In this document: positions 7,557 through 15,983 of the stretch, in pieces
How positions within the stretch are numbered: the first letter of the stretch is position 1
Layout: the number at the start of each line of letters is the position of its first letter
IMG/VR virus record: IMGVR_UViG_3300037047_000312
Location: 1 to 25,152 of that record
Strand: one strand, 5' to 3'
Source of the DNA: a virus
Lineage: Duplodnaviria; Caudoviricetes
DNA length: 25,152 nucleotides
Made by a program: the position numbers and the translations under genes
Notes under the pieces: model-generated
What the model was told of the DNA's origin: nothing
The model's input: only the letters and a program-made list of their open reading frames with translations
The model's database searches: none

Positions 7557-7790
7557 ATGACCATCCCCGAAGTCCTCCGCGAAATCAACTCGCAGCTTGC
7601 TCCGACCGAGATCATCGGTGTGCGCTATGCCGAGTTCCCCGATGAGGAGATGGAGTGCCTTCGTCGTCGCTGGACTCTGGTGACGACGAAGGGCGCCTAT
7701 CCTGCGAAGGTTCGGCCTATCGATCATTTCTTTGATCGCTTCCACTGCATCTCGGCCCTGCGGGCTATCAATTCTTTCCTCGACCGTTAA
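7557..7790 (+). CDS. Hypothetical protein
   Basis: AAAGG RBS before ATG 7557; codon style matches neighbours. Confidence 0.65.
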   Translation: MTIPEVLREINSQLAPTEIIGVRYAEFPDEEMECLRRRWTLVTTKGAYPAKVRPIDHFFDRFHCISALRAINSFLDR

Positions 7791-7864
7791 CCTCTCGCCG
7801 CTCTCCGGGGCGGCTTATTCCCACCACTAGACGCCGGATGCTTCCGGCACGAAAGGCCATTGCC

Positions 7865-9184
7865 ATGTCTGAAAATCAAGAAGACCTCGACCACAACTCG
7901 TCCATGCAGAACCTCATTGAGACCGGCGATGCCGAACAGGTCGCCATGATCCTCGGCCACAAGGATCGGCTCCGCTGCGGCGGCGTCATCCGTACCGGCA
8001 TCCAGTTTCCGAACAGCAAATGTACTCCGGCGGAGAAGGCGATCTATGCCGAGATGGATGCGCAGGGGATCGGTTACGACGCGATCAACCGGGCGATGGG
8101 GGGCGAGCCCAAGACGCGCACCTCAAAGCTGGTACCGAAGAACGTGGACTATTTTGTTGTCCGCGAGTGTGACTTTACCCGGCCCTCGGACGCCAAGTTT
8201 ATCCGCGACAATTTTGCCGACGCGGATGGCAAGGTACGGCGCTTCCCGGTTTGGTTCTCTGTCGGCGAGATCGAGAGGGTGATTCCGCATCGGTTCAACT
8301 GCTTCTCTGGGAGCATGTTGGTGGCGACGTCCTTTTATGACAAAAATGATCCGACCCTTAAGGTGAAGTGCTTGCCGAAAGACTTTAAGGGATACGCTCC
8401 GAAGCGGGAGGATTACTCGAATGTTATCCCCGTAGACGACGCCAACCCGGTCGACAAATTCGGAAGGAAGCTGCAGTTCGGTGGATTCTTCCGATTCAAC
8501 ATTCCCGGCCTTCGTGGCTTTGACGAGATCATCATCCCGACGCGCAGTTGGTTTGGGATGGGCTATTCGGTCGCCTTGCTGCGCCGGGTTCGCTCCATCC
8601 TTGGTCGCTTCGATGGCGTCTTGAACGGGCAACACCTATTCGAGATGGTGAAGTCCCCGGAGGAAATGACGCACGACGGCAAGCGCATGACGCAGTTCAT
8701 CCCGGTTCTGGAGTTGGCCGGGCATCTGGACCCGATTGCACTGGCTCAGTACGCCGAACCGCAGGCCGTCGTCTCCCGTGCCCGCAATGCTATGTCGGCT
8801 CTGTCTGGTCACCGTCCTGCTCCTGCTATCTGTGCACCTGTCACAGAGGAGGCGGAGGTGGCTCCTCCTGTCACCTCTGTAGATGAATTACTGGAACGTT
8901 CGGGAGACGGAGATCAGCAAGACCCGTTCTTCGGCCAGCCCGATCCGGCGCGTGTCCGGGCCAATGAGTACCTGCACGGCGCCGCCAAGCAGTGCCGCGT
9001 GACGTGGCCGCAGTTCGCGGCGTGGGCGTGCATGGAAGTGACCGAGGGTGTCGCACTGGAAGATTGCAGCCTTGAGGAGTTGCGGAAGGTTGCCGAGGTC
9101 GTCAAGGCCGGTCTTGCCAGTCCGGAGCGCGAGGCGTTCGGGGCGAAGGTTAAAGAGATCGCCCTTTCTTTCGGCGTCGAGTAG
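7865..9184 (+). CDS. Gp3-like (recombination directionality factor-like) protein, probably recombination-related
   Basis: RLRCGGVIRTG..PKNVDYFV N-terminal pattern; directly upstream of sbcD. Confidence 0.6.
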   Translation: MSENQEDLDHNSSMQNLIETGDAEQVAMILGHKDRLRCGGVIRTGIQFPNSKCTPAEKAIYAEMDAQGIGYDAINRAMGGEPKTRTSKLVPKNVDYFVVRECDFTRPSDAKFIRDNFADADGKVRRFPVWFSVGEIERVIPHRFNCFSGSMLVATSFYDKNDPTLKVKCLPKDFKGYAPKREDYSNVIPVDDANPVDKFGRKLQFGGFFRFNIPGLRGFDEIIIPTRSWFGMGYSVALLRRVRSILGRFDGVLNGQHLFEMVKSPEEMTHDGKRMTQFIPVLELAGHLDPIALAQYAEPQAVVSRARNAMSALSGHRPAPAICAPVTEEAEVAPPVTSVDELLERSGDGDQQDPFFGQPDPARVRANEYLHGAAKQCRVTWPQFAAWACMEVTEGVALEDCSLEELRKVAEVVKAGLASPEREAFGAKVKEIALSFGVE

Positions 9185-9193
9185 TCAATCCCA

Positions 9194-9218
9194 GCGGGGG
9201 CTTCGGTCCCCGCCTTTT
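9194..9218 (+). terminator. UUCG-tetraloop hairpin with short T run before the sbcD RBS
   Basis: GCGGGGGC-TTCG-GTCCCCGC-CTTTT. Confidence 0.6.
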
Positions 9219-9230
9219 CCGGAGGATATT

Positions 9231-10448
9231 ATGTCAATTCGTGTACTTCACCTTGCGGATACGCACTACCAGAACAATTCAGAGATTCTTACCGAGGTCT
9301 GCCGTGTGGCCGACTATGTTGTTGAGGTCGCCATCCGGGAACAGCCGGACGCGGTTGTTCTTGCTGGGGACACTCTTGATAATTACAACTCGCATATCCG
9401 CATTGACTCTGATGCCGCCCGTGCCGCGATCCGCTTCGTCACCGCTTTGGCCGATGTCGCTCCGGTCGTGATCGTTCGTGGTACCCGTTCTCATGATCGT
9501 GACTCGACGTATCTCTTCAGGCATCTGCGGACGCGGCATCCGGTCCATGTTTCGACCGAGCCGGAAATGGTCGGCCTCTATCGTTCCTTCGATGGCGCGG
9601 CCAAGTTCTCGTTTGAGTTCGAGACGGCTCCTGACGGCTACCAGCTGCAGGCGGCGTTCACTCTTGTCCCCTCCCTCGACAAGTCGTTTCTGGAGGCCGA
9701 GTCGATTCGGCAGGGCAACCGCGACTTCCGCGAGCTGTTCCATGACCTCTGCGCTGGCTTCGGTGTCGTCAATGCCGCCATCACGGCGCCGCGTGTCTTC
9801 GTCGGTCACGGCATGGTGACGGGCTCGGTCTTCTCCTCTGGCCAGCAGGCGATTGGTGAGGACTTGGAAATGTCGCTTGATGCGCTACGGGCGGCGGGTA
9901 CTGATGTGGTTTGTCTCGGTCACGTCCATAAATTTCAGCAGTTCGGCAGCGTCATTTACTCCGGATCTCCCGGTCGTCTCAATTTTGGCGAACCGGAGGA
10001 GAAGGGCGTTTGCCTGATCGATGTGGGTTATGCTGAGTTTCCGCTCGTCACCTTTGTCCCGACACCGGCTCGGCGCTTCATATTCATCGACTGCGAGTTC
10101 GATGCTCTGGCTGACGAGTTGTCGGTCGCTCGCAGCAACGGCGTTGATGGTGCCCATGTCCGGGTGCGCTTTACGATCCCGGAGGAGCGCCGGCACGAAG
10201 TCGATAAGGCTGCTGTCGAGGCGTTCCTGACGGATGCCGGGGCGTTGCTGGTCAAGGTCGAGTCGCAGATTCTTCCGACGGTGCGATCGCGGGCCGCCGG
10301 GATATCGCAGGCGTCGTCGCTGGCAGCCAAGGTGCAGCGCTGGGCGGATGTGACGGCTGTTGTCTTGCCGTCGCGGGTGCTGGAGATCGCCGGGCGCATC
10401 GAGGGGCAGGAGGTGGATGAGTTGCTGCGGGAGGTGGCAAATGGCTAA
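9231..10448 (+). CDS. sbcD: SbcD/Mre11-like metallophosphoesterase nuclease
   Basis: LADTH, LAGD, GTRSHD, VGHG, LGHVH, YSGSP..FGE motifs; GGAGG RBS. Confidence 0.9.
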   Translation: MSIRVLHLADTHYQNNSEILTEVCRVADYVVEVAIREQPDAVVLAGDTLDNYNSHIRIDSDAARAAIRFVTALADVAPVVIVRGTRSHDRDSTYLFRHLRTRHPVHVSTEPEMVGLYRSFDGAAKFSFEFETAPDGYQLQAAFTLVPSLDKSFLEAESIRQGNRDFRELFHDLCAGFGVVNAAITAPRVFVGHGMVTGSVFSSGQQAIGEDLEMSLDALRAAGTDVVCLGHVHKFQQFGSVIYSGSPGRLNFGEPEEKGVCLIDVGYAEFPLVTFVPTPARRFIFIDCEFDALADELSVARSNGVDGAHVRVRFTIPEERRHEVDKAAVEAFLTDAGALLVKVESQILPTVRSRAAGISQASSLAAKVQRWADVTAVVLPSRVLEIAGRIEGQEVDELLREVANG

Positions 10449-10806
10449 AATAAAAATGGACGCTAGCGCATTTAGAAAAGAACTTGTGAAAATAATGCCC
10501 GGCTATACGTGGACTGTTCACAAATCGAGTGCGCCGGAAACCTGCCAGACGGCCACAGGCATCCAGTCCAGCGGATCGAATCGACTCTCGACGGTTTTCG
10601 TGACTTGGCGGGATCACCCCACCACAATTCCGTGGTACGAGGTGAAAAGTTCTGGGTTTGGCACGAAATCTCCTTGGTTGGCGGAGCGTGGTGGCAAGAC
10701 TCTGGCGCAGGCGTTTCGTTCTTTGCAAAACTACTACGAAAACATGGCGCGTACCTACGCCGGTCATGCCAGAGACTTGCAGGGGGCGCGGACGGTGGCC
10801 TCATAA
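10441..10806 (+). CDS. Hypothetical protein between sbcD and sbcC
   Basis: GGAGG RBS, overlaps the sbcD stop; 121-aa open frame. Confidence 0.75.
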   Translation: MAKIKMDASAFRKELVKIMPGYTWTVHKSSAPETCQTATGIQSSGSNRLSTVFVTWRDHPTTIPWYEVKSSGFGTKSPWLAERGGKTLAQAFRSLQNYYENMARTYAGHARDLQGARTVAS

Positions 10807-10842
10807 CCACCAGTTACCCTCTCCCTTTCTTTTCCTATGTAA
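10805..10842 (+). promoter_or_regulatory. Motif A copy 4 (9-nt spacer)
   Basis: AACCACCAGTTA-CCCTCTCCC-TTTCTTTTC; hairpin GGGCGG-TCCG-CCGCCC follows. Confidence 0.65.
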
Positions 10843-10887
10843 CAGGGGCGGTCCGCCGCCCTTCAATTCCTTTCTCGGAGGTTCCTT

Positions 10888-11268
10888 ATGTCTACCCACT
10901 GTCTCATTGCCAAGAAAACTGATGCCGGCTTCCTCGCCATCTACTGCCACCACGACGGCTATCTTGCTGTTGTCGGCAAGACGCTGGCGCTCTATCACGA
11001 CACGGTAGAGAAAGTTGATGCCCTCCTTGCCCTTGGCGACCTTTCGTCGGTCGGTGTCACGCTGGAGCCCGGCTACACTGTGTCTTATTCCCGCGACCGG
11101 GACGAGCCCTTGGCCGACAACGCACCGAAGGAGTACCACAGCCTGTTCAATTTGCGGAATGCTGCCCGCGCTGTCGATGCCGAGTTCCTTTATGTCTTCG
11201 CCGACGGCGTCTGGTCCTATCTCGATCCCAGCCGGGACGATCTCACTCTTCTGGAGGTGCCGAAATGA
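10888..11268 (+). CDS. Conserved phage hypothetical protein (IYCHxDGY motif)
   Basis: GGAGG RBS; MSTHCLI..IYCHHDGY..VG..L..LGDLSS..YSRDRDE..EFLYVF pattern. Confidence 0.75.
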   Translation: MSTHCLIAKKTDAGFLAIYCHHDGYLAVVGKTLALYHDTVEKVDALLALGDLSSVGVTLEPGYTVSYSRDRDEPLADNAPKEYHSLFNLRNAARAVDAEFLYVFADGVWSYLDPSRDDLTLLEVPK

Positions 11269-13676
11269 TTTTGCATTCGCTCACTCTTAAAAACTTCAAG
11301 GGGCTTCTGGCCGGCGTCGGTCTGGCCGAGGTCACCATCGACTTCGACAAACTACCAAACGGCCTCATTGCCGTCGTCGGCAGTAACGGCATGGGAAAAA
11401 CTACTTTGCTTGATAATTTTCATCCATTCAGATTAATGCCGTACAAGCTCCGCAAGGCTGCCGGCTGGTCCCCGGCGGCGTTCAGCTACTACGACGAATG
11501 CGTCGGCGAGGCCAAGAAGGAGCTGATCTTCTCCGTCGGCGATGTCCGCTACAAGTCAGTGCTGCTGATCGACGCCGATCGCCGGAAGCAGGAGGCGACT
11601 CTGTATCATCTCGGCGACGAGGCGATGTATGGCGGTGCGGCTCGCTCTGGCCTTCACTGGATTCCCCTCAACGACGGAAAAGTAAAAACTTACGATGAAT
11701 CCGTCGAGAAGGTCTGCGGCTCCCCTTCCCTCTTCTTTACCTCTGTCTTCCGGGCGCAGGGGGCTCGCAACCTCTCCGACTATACGCGGGGCGATATCAT
11801 GTCCGTCGTCGCCGAGCTGCTCAACATCGACCATATCAAGGAGCAGGGAGAGAAGGCCCGCAAGGTCGCGGCGGCTCTCAACCTGCAAGTCGATACTCTG
11901 CAGCGCGATCGATCGGCCCTTGCCGGCGATGACCTCCCTGCTCTGCGCGACGAGTTGAGTCGTGTCGTTGCCGAGGCCGATACATCATCCTCCCATATCG
12001 CCGCCTATCGCCATGACCTGACGACCATCGAGGCTAACCGGCGGGAGCTGGAGATTGCCAGCGCCGCCGAGGCGTCGACCCGGCAGCGGATCGCCGACAA
12101 GCAAATCCTCCTGCAGCGCCTGCGGGCAGAGTTGGCGGCTGGTCATCTGCTGGGGCAGCGGGATTCGCTCGTTGCTGATCTGGCGACTGTCACCAACTCC
12201 CGGTCTCCTCTGCTGCTCCGTCACTCAGCAGACATTGACCGGTTGACGACGAAGTGCGCCGAGACCAAGAAGATTCTGGAGCGCGAGCCGGCCATCCGCA
12301 GCGCCGTGACGGATCTCCCTTTGCGGCAGGCGGCGCTGGACGAGTCCCGTGTTGCTGTGCAGGCCGTCCGGGATCGGTATGCCTCGGTCCGGGAGCAGGC
12401 GGCAGTCTTGTCATCGCTGCCGGGCGAAATCGCCAACCACGAGCGACAGCTTGCCTCGCTCCAGCTCCGCACGTCGGCTCTGGCTGGTCTGGATTGCAAC
12501 GGCGGTGGTTCCGGGTGGATTAACGAGTCGTGTCCTCTCCTGCGCGATGCTGTGGCGGCACAGAGCGAGATTGCACCGACGCAGGCAGCGATTGCCGGAT
12601 GCAAAGATCGCTTGTCTGCGAAGGTGGGCTTGGACGAGAAGTTGGCGGCGCTGAAAGCCTCCGGCGAGAAGTTGGCAGCAGAGGTTGCTACTGGCGAGGG
12701 TGGCGTGCGGGAGACGCAGGCGCTGGCGAACCTCCTCCCGCAACTGGAAGGTGCGATCGTTCAGTGCTCCGGCCTTGAAGATGAGATCGTTCGGCTCAGG
12801 TCGGATCATGCTGTGGCGCTAGCGGATATTGACGGGCGCATGGCTGATCTCCGCTCCCGCATCGAGCAGGTTAATGCCGATATCGATACGTTCCGTGGCG
12901 CGAAGGCGCAGGAGGTCGCTGCTGCGGAGGAAGAGATTCGGCGGCTGTCGGCGTCTGTTGGTGACGGTCTGGCCTCGGAGTTGTCCGGCCTCGACCAGAA
13001 AGCAGCGGAGGTACGGTCTGTGATCGAGCGGGCCGAGGCTGGTCTCCGTTTGAAGCAGGAGGAGTCCGGTCGGCTGCGGGCTCGTATTGAGTCGGCAGAA
13101 GCTGCTGCGGCGAAGGTGGAGGAGATCGACGGCAAGGTGGCGGCTCTGAACGAGGAGATCGCCAACTGGAACCTGCTGGTGAAAGCCTGCGGCAATGATG
13201 GTGTGGTGGCTCTGGAGATTGATGATGCCGGGCCGTCGATTGCTGCGATCTGTAATGATTTACTGCGGACCTGCTATGGCCCTCGATTCTCGATCCGGCT
13301 GGAGACACAGTCAATGAAGGTCGATGGCGGTGCCAAGGAGGATTTCGATATCACCGTGTTCGACTCTGAGACCGGCGAGCAGAAGTCTATCACCTCTATG
13401 TCCGGCGGGCAGTGTACTTGGATCGAGGACGCGCTGACTCGCTCCATCTGTCTTTACAACATCGACCGCTCGTCGCGGGTGTTCGGCACTCTGTATTCGG
13501 ATGAAAAGGACGGCGCTCTGGACCCGGCGAAGAAGGTCGAGTTCATGGCGGTGAAGCGGCAGTCGATGGAGGTCGGGAGTCACACGCGGGAACTGTTTAT
13601 TACTCAGGCTGCCGATCTGGTCGATATGGCCGACGGCGTTATCCGGCTGCTGCCGGGGGAAGTGAGGGTGTCATGA
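11265..13676 (+). CDS. sbcC: SbcC/Rad50-like SMC ATPase
   Basis: Walker A GSNGMGKTT, FRAQG Q-loop, long coiled coil, MSGGQ signature, SDEKDGALD Walker B/D-loop. Confidence 0.92.
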   Translation: MILHSLTLKNFKGLLAGVGLAEVTIDFDKLPNGLIAVVGSNGMGKTTLLDNFHPFRLMPYKLRKAAGWSPAAFSYYDECVGEAKKELIFSVGDVRYKSVLLIDADRRKQEATLYHLGDEAMYGGAARSGLHWIPLNDGKVKTYDESVEKVCGSPSLFFTSVFRAQGARNLSDYTRGDIMSVVAELLNIDHIKEQGEKARKVAAALNLQVDTLQRDRSALAGDDLPALRDELSRVVAEADTSSSHIAAYRHDLTTIEANRRELEIASAAEASTRQRIADKQILLQRLRAELAAGHLLGQRDSLVADLATVTNSRSPLLLRHSADIDRLTTKCAETKKILEREPAIRSAVTDLPLRQAALDESRVAVQAVRDRYASVREQAAVLSSLPGEIANHERQLASLQLRTSALAGLDCNGGGSGWINESCPLLRDAVAAQSEIAPTQAAIAGCKDRLSAKVGLDEKLAALKASGEKLAAEVATGEGGVRETQALANLLPQLEGAIVQCSGLEDEIVRLRSDHAVALADIDGRMADLRSRIEQVNADIDTFRGAKAQEVAAAEEEIRRLSASVGDGLASELSGLDQKAAEVRSVIERAEAGLRLKQEESGRLRARIESAEAAAAKVEEIDGKVAALNEEIANWNLLVKACGNDGVVALEIDDAGPSIAAICNDLLRTCYGPRFSIRLETQSMKVDGGAKEDFDITVFDSETGEQKSITSMSGGQCTWIEDALTRSICLYNIDRSSRVFGTLYSDEKDGALDPAKKVEFMAVKRQSMEVGSHTRELFITQAADLVDMADGVIRLLPGEVRVS

Positions 13677-13819
13677 GGAGTCTGGAGTTCTGTGTTCGCC
13701 AGTGCTCTCCGGTGCGGCATGGCAAGATTGACTTGGTGGAGGTGAACTGGCTGGCGGCTCTGGCTGGGACATCGTGGCAGGAGGCGTTGCAGTTCGTCAA
13801 ACGGCGCTTTTTGCGGTAA
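13673..13819 (+). CDS. Small hypothetical protein (48 aa, MRSLEFCV..RRFLR), not in ORF track
   Basis: ATGA overlap with the sbcC stop, GAGG RBS, ends just before the terminator. Confidence 0.55.
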   Translation: MRSLEFCVRQCSPVRHGKIDLVEVNWLAALAGTSWQEALQFVKRRFLR

Positions 13820-13822
13820 TGG

Positions 13823-13857
13823 AAAGGGGACGGCCTTTATGGGTCGTCCCCTTTTTT
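13823..13857. terminator. Intrinsic terminator between the convergent arms, probably bidirectional
   Basis: AAAGGGGACGGCC-loop-GGTCGTCCCC-TTTTTT. Confidence 0.85.
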
Positions 13858-14032
13858 ATGGCATGCGTCCGTCACGGCAGAAAGCGCAGCGGCCAGCGAT
13901 CAGACGCGGCCTCGGCTCTCCGCAGTCGCTGCATTCTCCGGCAACTCCCAGTGGAATCTCGTAGCGGATGCTGTGGATCATGGCATCGTCTTTGAGCATT
14001 CTGTCCCCAACAATATCTGCATCATCTGCCAT
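13856..14032 (-). CDS. TraR/DksA-type C4 zinc-finger protein (58 aa), not in ORF track
   Basis: Translated by hand: MADDADIVGDRMLKDDAMIHSIRYEIPLGVAGECSDCGEPRPRLIAGRCAFCRDGRMP; GGAG RBS. Confidence 0.8.
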   Translation of the reverse strand: MADDADIVGDRMLKDDAMIHSIRYEIPLGVAGECSDCGEPRPRLIAGRCAFCRDGRMP

Positions 14033-14036
14033 TATC

Positions 14037-14273
14037 TTAAGCTCCTATACTTCTCTCACAATGTCCCGGCCATCTCCGCTCCAGCTCTTCATAAATCCAC
14101 CTTGCCACTGGCTTACGATGCCATGTCAAGCGCCCCTCAGCCTTGGCTCGTCCGAGACGACTGGAGATGGTTTCATCGATAACGGCCTTGGGGAATAGGC
14201 AGTTGATGAACTGGTCGAAACCAATCAGGACGCCTAGCCAATAAGGTATTTCTACGCCGCGATGGATTGCCAT
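14037..14273 (-). CDS. Conserved small phage protein (DQ..N..DETISSR..HC motif)
   Basis: GAGGAG RBS; motif recalled from small genes next to tail/lysis modules. Confidence 0.75.
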   Translation of the reverse strand: MAIHRGVEIPYWLGVLIGFDQFINCLFPKAVIDETISSRLGRAKAEGRLTWHRKPVARWIYEELERRWPGHCERSIGA

Positions 14274-14278
14274 AGTTG

Positions 14279-14677
14279 TTACTCCTCATATAAACTGACG
14301 CCACCCTCAATCATCAGCTCACTTGCGGTATGTGGTTTGGGGAACATTGAGAAATCAGTCAGTGAGTCGTCCCAGTCAATCACACCCGCCTCAAGTTTCC
14401 CCTGCCGAAGTGAGCTGGTAATTCCGAGGGTCTTGCACCACTGCAGGGTGGCGAGTCCTTTGGGGAGTCCGGATTGTGCGTTGGAGTTGGCGAGAATAAG
14501 GCCATCGGGGTCAAGAGACTGATCGAGCCAAGCGCGGCGTCCTTGCTGTATTTTGGTGAGGCGCTGAGAAAGTCCTTCCGCTATTTTGGCGGCTTCTGAT
14601 TGGACAACCTCCACCTCCTCCCCAGTGGCTACTCTTTCAAATAACTCATCCCCTATCATGTAGTGAATTATTCTCAT
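14279..14677 (-). CDS. Hypothetical protein, possible fibre chaperone
   Basis: GAGGTGG RBS; directly follows a fibre-like gene. Confidence 0.6.
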   Translation of the reverse strand: MRIIHYMIGDELFERVATGEEVEVVQSEAAKIAEGLSQRLTKIQQGRRAWLDQSLDPDGLILANSNAQSGLPKGLATLQWCKTLGITSSLRQGKLEAGVIDWDDSLTDFSMFPKPHTASELMIEGGVSLYEE

Positions 14678-14678
14678 A

Positions 14679-15479
14679 TTACCACCTCTTTGTTTTATGT
14701 ATTGAAACGTGAGAGCCAGAAGTAAGAGCTGTAGAACCCCCTCCGCCCATAATTTTAAGGAAACTTAGTTGCTCATTAAAAGGAAAATAACCAGCCAGAT
14801 GCCAGTAGATGCCCCATACACTCCCTGAATGGCCAGTCATGTAGGCTCGGAAATGGATGTAACCTGTGGTTGGACTTCTCCAAATTTCCGCTCTGAGACG
14901 GAAATTACCATTAAACCCAAAATTCGCTTTATTTATTACAACAGCTTCAACGCCTGCTGAAATCCAATCATTATGCGCACCTTCTTGATATTGTCCTTTG
15001 AAATATCCGTACCTGAAATAATTACAACTTCTACCATTCACACCCCAGTAGACGTTGAAATCAGGGAGAGTACCTTCAATATTAAGTACCAGCATCTCAT
15101 CAGCAGCAAGGTTTAAATTTGCAGTTGACTGCCACGATACAATATCCACACTTGGAGATACAGTTTCTAGTAATGTAGTTCCCCCTCCACTAGCCACCCA
15201 TGCAGGTTCATCTGCGCCCATTGTGAGAATTGTGCCTGCGGCTCCTTTTGGCAATCTGGTTACTGCTGTGGCATTACGGAAAAGTAAATCACCGTGAGTG
15301 GTTAGGATCGATCCAAGTTTCGCCGTAATAGCCAACCATATACCCTCAATAGACCAGCTTTTAATGGCGGTCCCACTCCCCAATTGGATCTCTTCAGGAG
15401 TCGCCTCAGGGGGTAACGGCACAGCTCCCCCGCTCAATCGCTGGAACCCTGTGGCTGTTTTCTTTTTAAGTGTTGCCAT
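14679..15479 (-). CDS. Short tail-fibre-like / receptor-binding protein
   Basis: TTHGDLLFRNATAVTRLPKGAAGTILTMGADEPAW fibre-shaft motif, aromatic beta-rich C-terminus. Confidence 0.6.
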   Translation of the reverse strand: MATLKKKTATGFQRLSGGAVPLPPEATPEEIQLGSGTAIKSWSIEGIWLAITAKLGSILTTHGDLLFRNATAVTRLPKGAAGTILTMGADEPAWVASGGGTTLLETVSPSVDIVSWQSTANLNLAADEMLVLNIEGTLPDFNVYWGVNGRSCNYFRYGYFKGQYQEGAHNDWISAGVEAVVINKANFGFNGNFRLRAEIWRSPTTGYIHFRAYMTGHSGSVWGIYWHLAGYFPFNEQLSFLKIMGGGGSTALTSGSHVSIHKTKRW

Positions 15480-15488
15480 GATGGGCTC

Positions 15489-15983
15489 CTAGAAATAACT
15501 GGCTTCATAGAACATAATGCGAAGTTGCGTCAGGGTGATGCCTGCTTGTTGTGTGATGCTTACAAGCAGCGGGTTGTCAATGCGGTAGCTGGCCGCTCTG
15601 TTCGCCTCAATTTGCTGAATCTTCGGGAGAGTCGCGATGACATCCTGCACAGCGTCGTAGAGGTGGTAAGTCTCTAGCATCACATCGCCTTGGCGAGTGG
15701 AGATTTCAGTAACGTTGTAAGTCTGCTCAAAGATTTCCTCCGGTGTTTTATCCTCAATCCCTCTAACGACCGTCCCGTTCTCTTCATCCCAGATAAACTC
15801 ATCGGTGAACTTTTGCAAAACAGTAGGCTGCTCTGCAACGTCGAGGTAGTAACCAGCGGCGAACATCTGCGTATCGGTGTATTGGTCGTGAATCGATTTC
15901 ATAACCATCGAGGTGCCGATGATGAGCGTTGGGGGTTGGTAGTGGGGAATTAAAGGGTTATCTTTTTTGCGGTACGTTTTCAT
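15489..15983 (-). CDS. Hypothetical tail-associated protein (chaperone-like)
   Basis: ISTRQ..R.DNPLL..LRIMFYEA C-terminal pattern; GAGGG RBS. Confidence 0.6.
   Translation of the reverse strand: MKTYRKKDNPLIPHYQPPTLIIGTSMVMKSIHDQYTDTQMFAAGYYLDVAEQPTVLQKFTDEFIWDEENGTVVRGIEDKTPEEIFEQTYNVTEISTRQGDVMLETYHLYDAVQDVIATLPKIQQIEANRAASYRIDNPLLVSITQQAGITLTQLRIMFYEASYF

Noticed and set aside
7787-7798. TTAACCTCTCGC shared with 24746-24757
   Set aside because: Only two 12-bp copies in different relative orientation to their genes; could be chance
913-10834. Motif A as a CRISPR repeat or attachment site
   Set aside because: Copies are kilobases apart, separated by genes, with variable internal spacer; no array and no cas or integrase gene
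9231-13676. SMC-based defence system such as Wadjet or Lamassu
   Set aside because: Partner is an SbcD-type phosphoesterase within a phage replication region; no kleisin, KITE or effector genes recognisable
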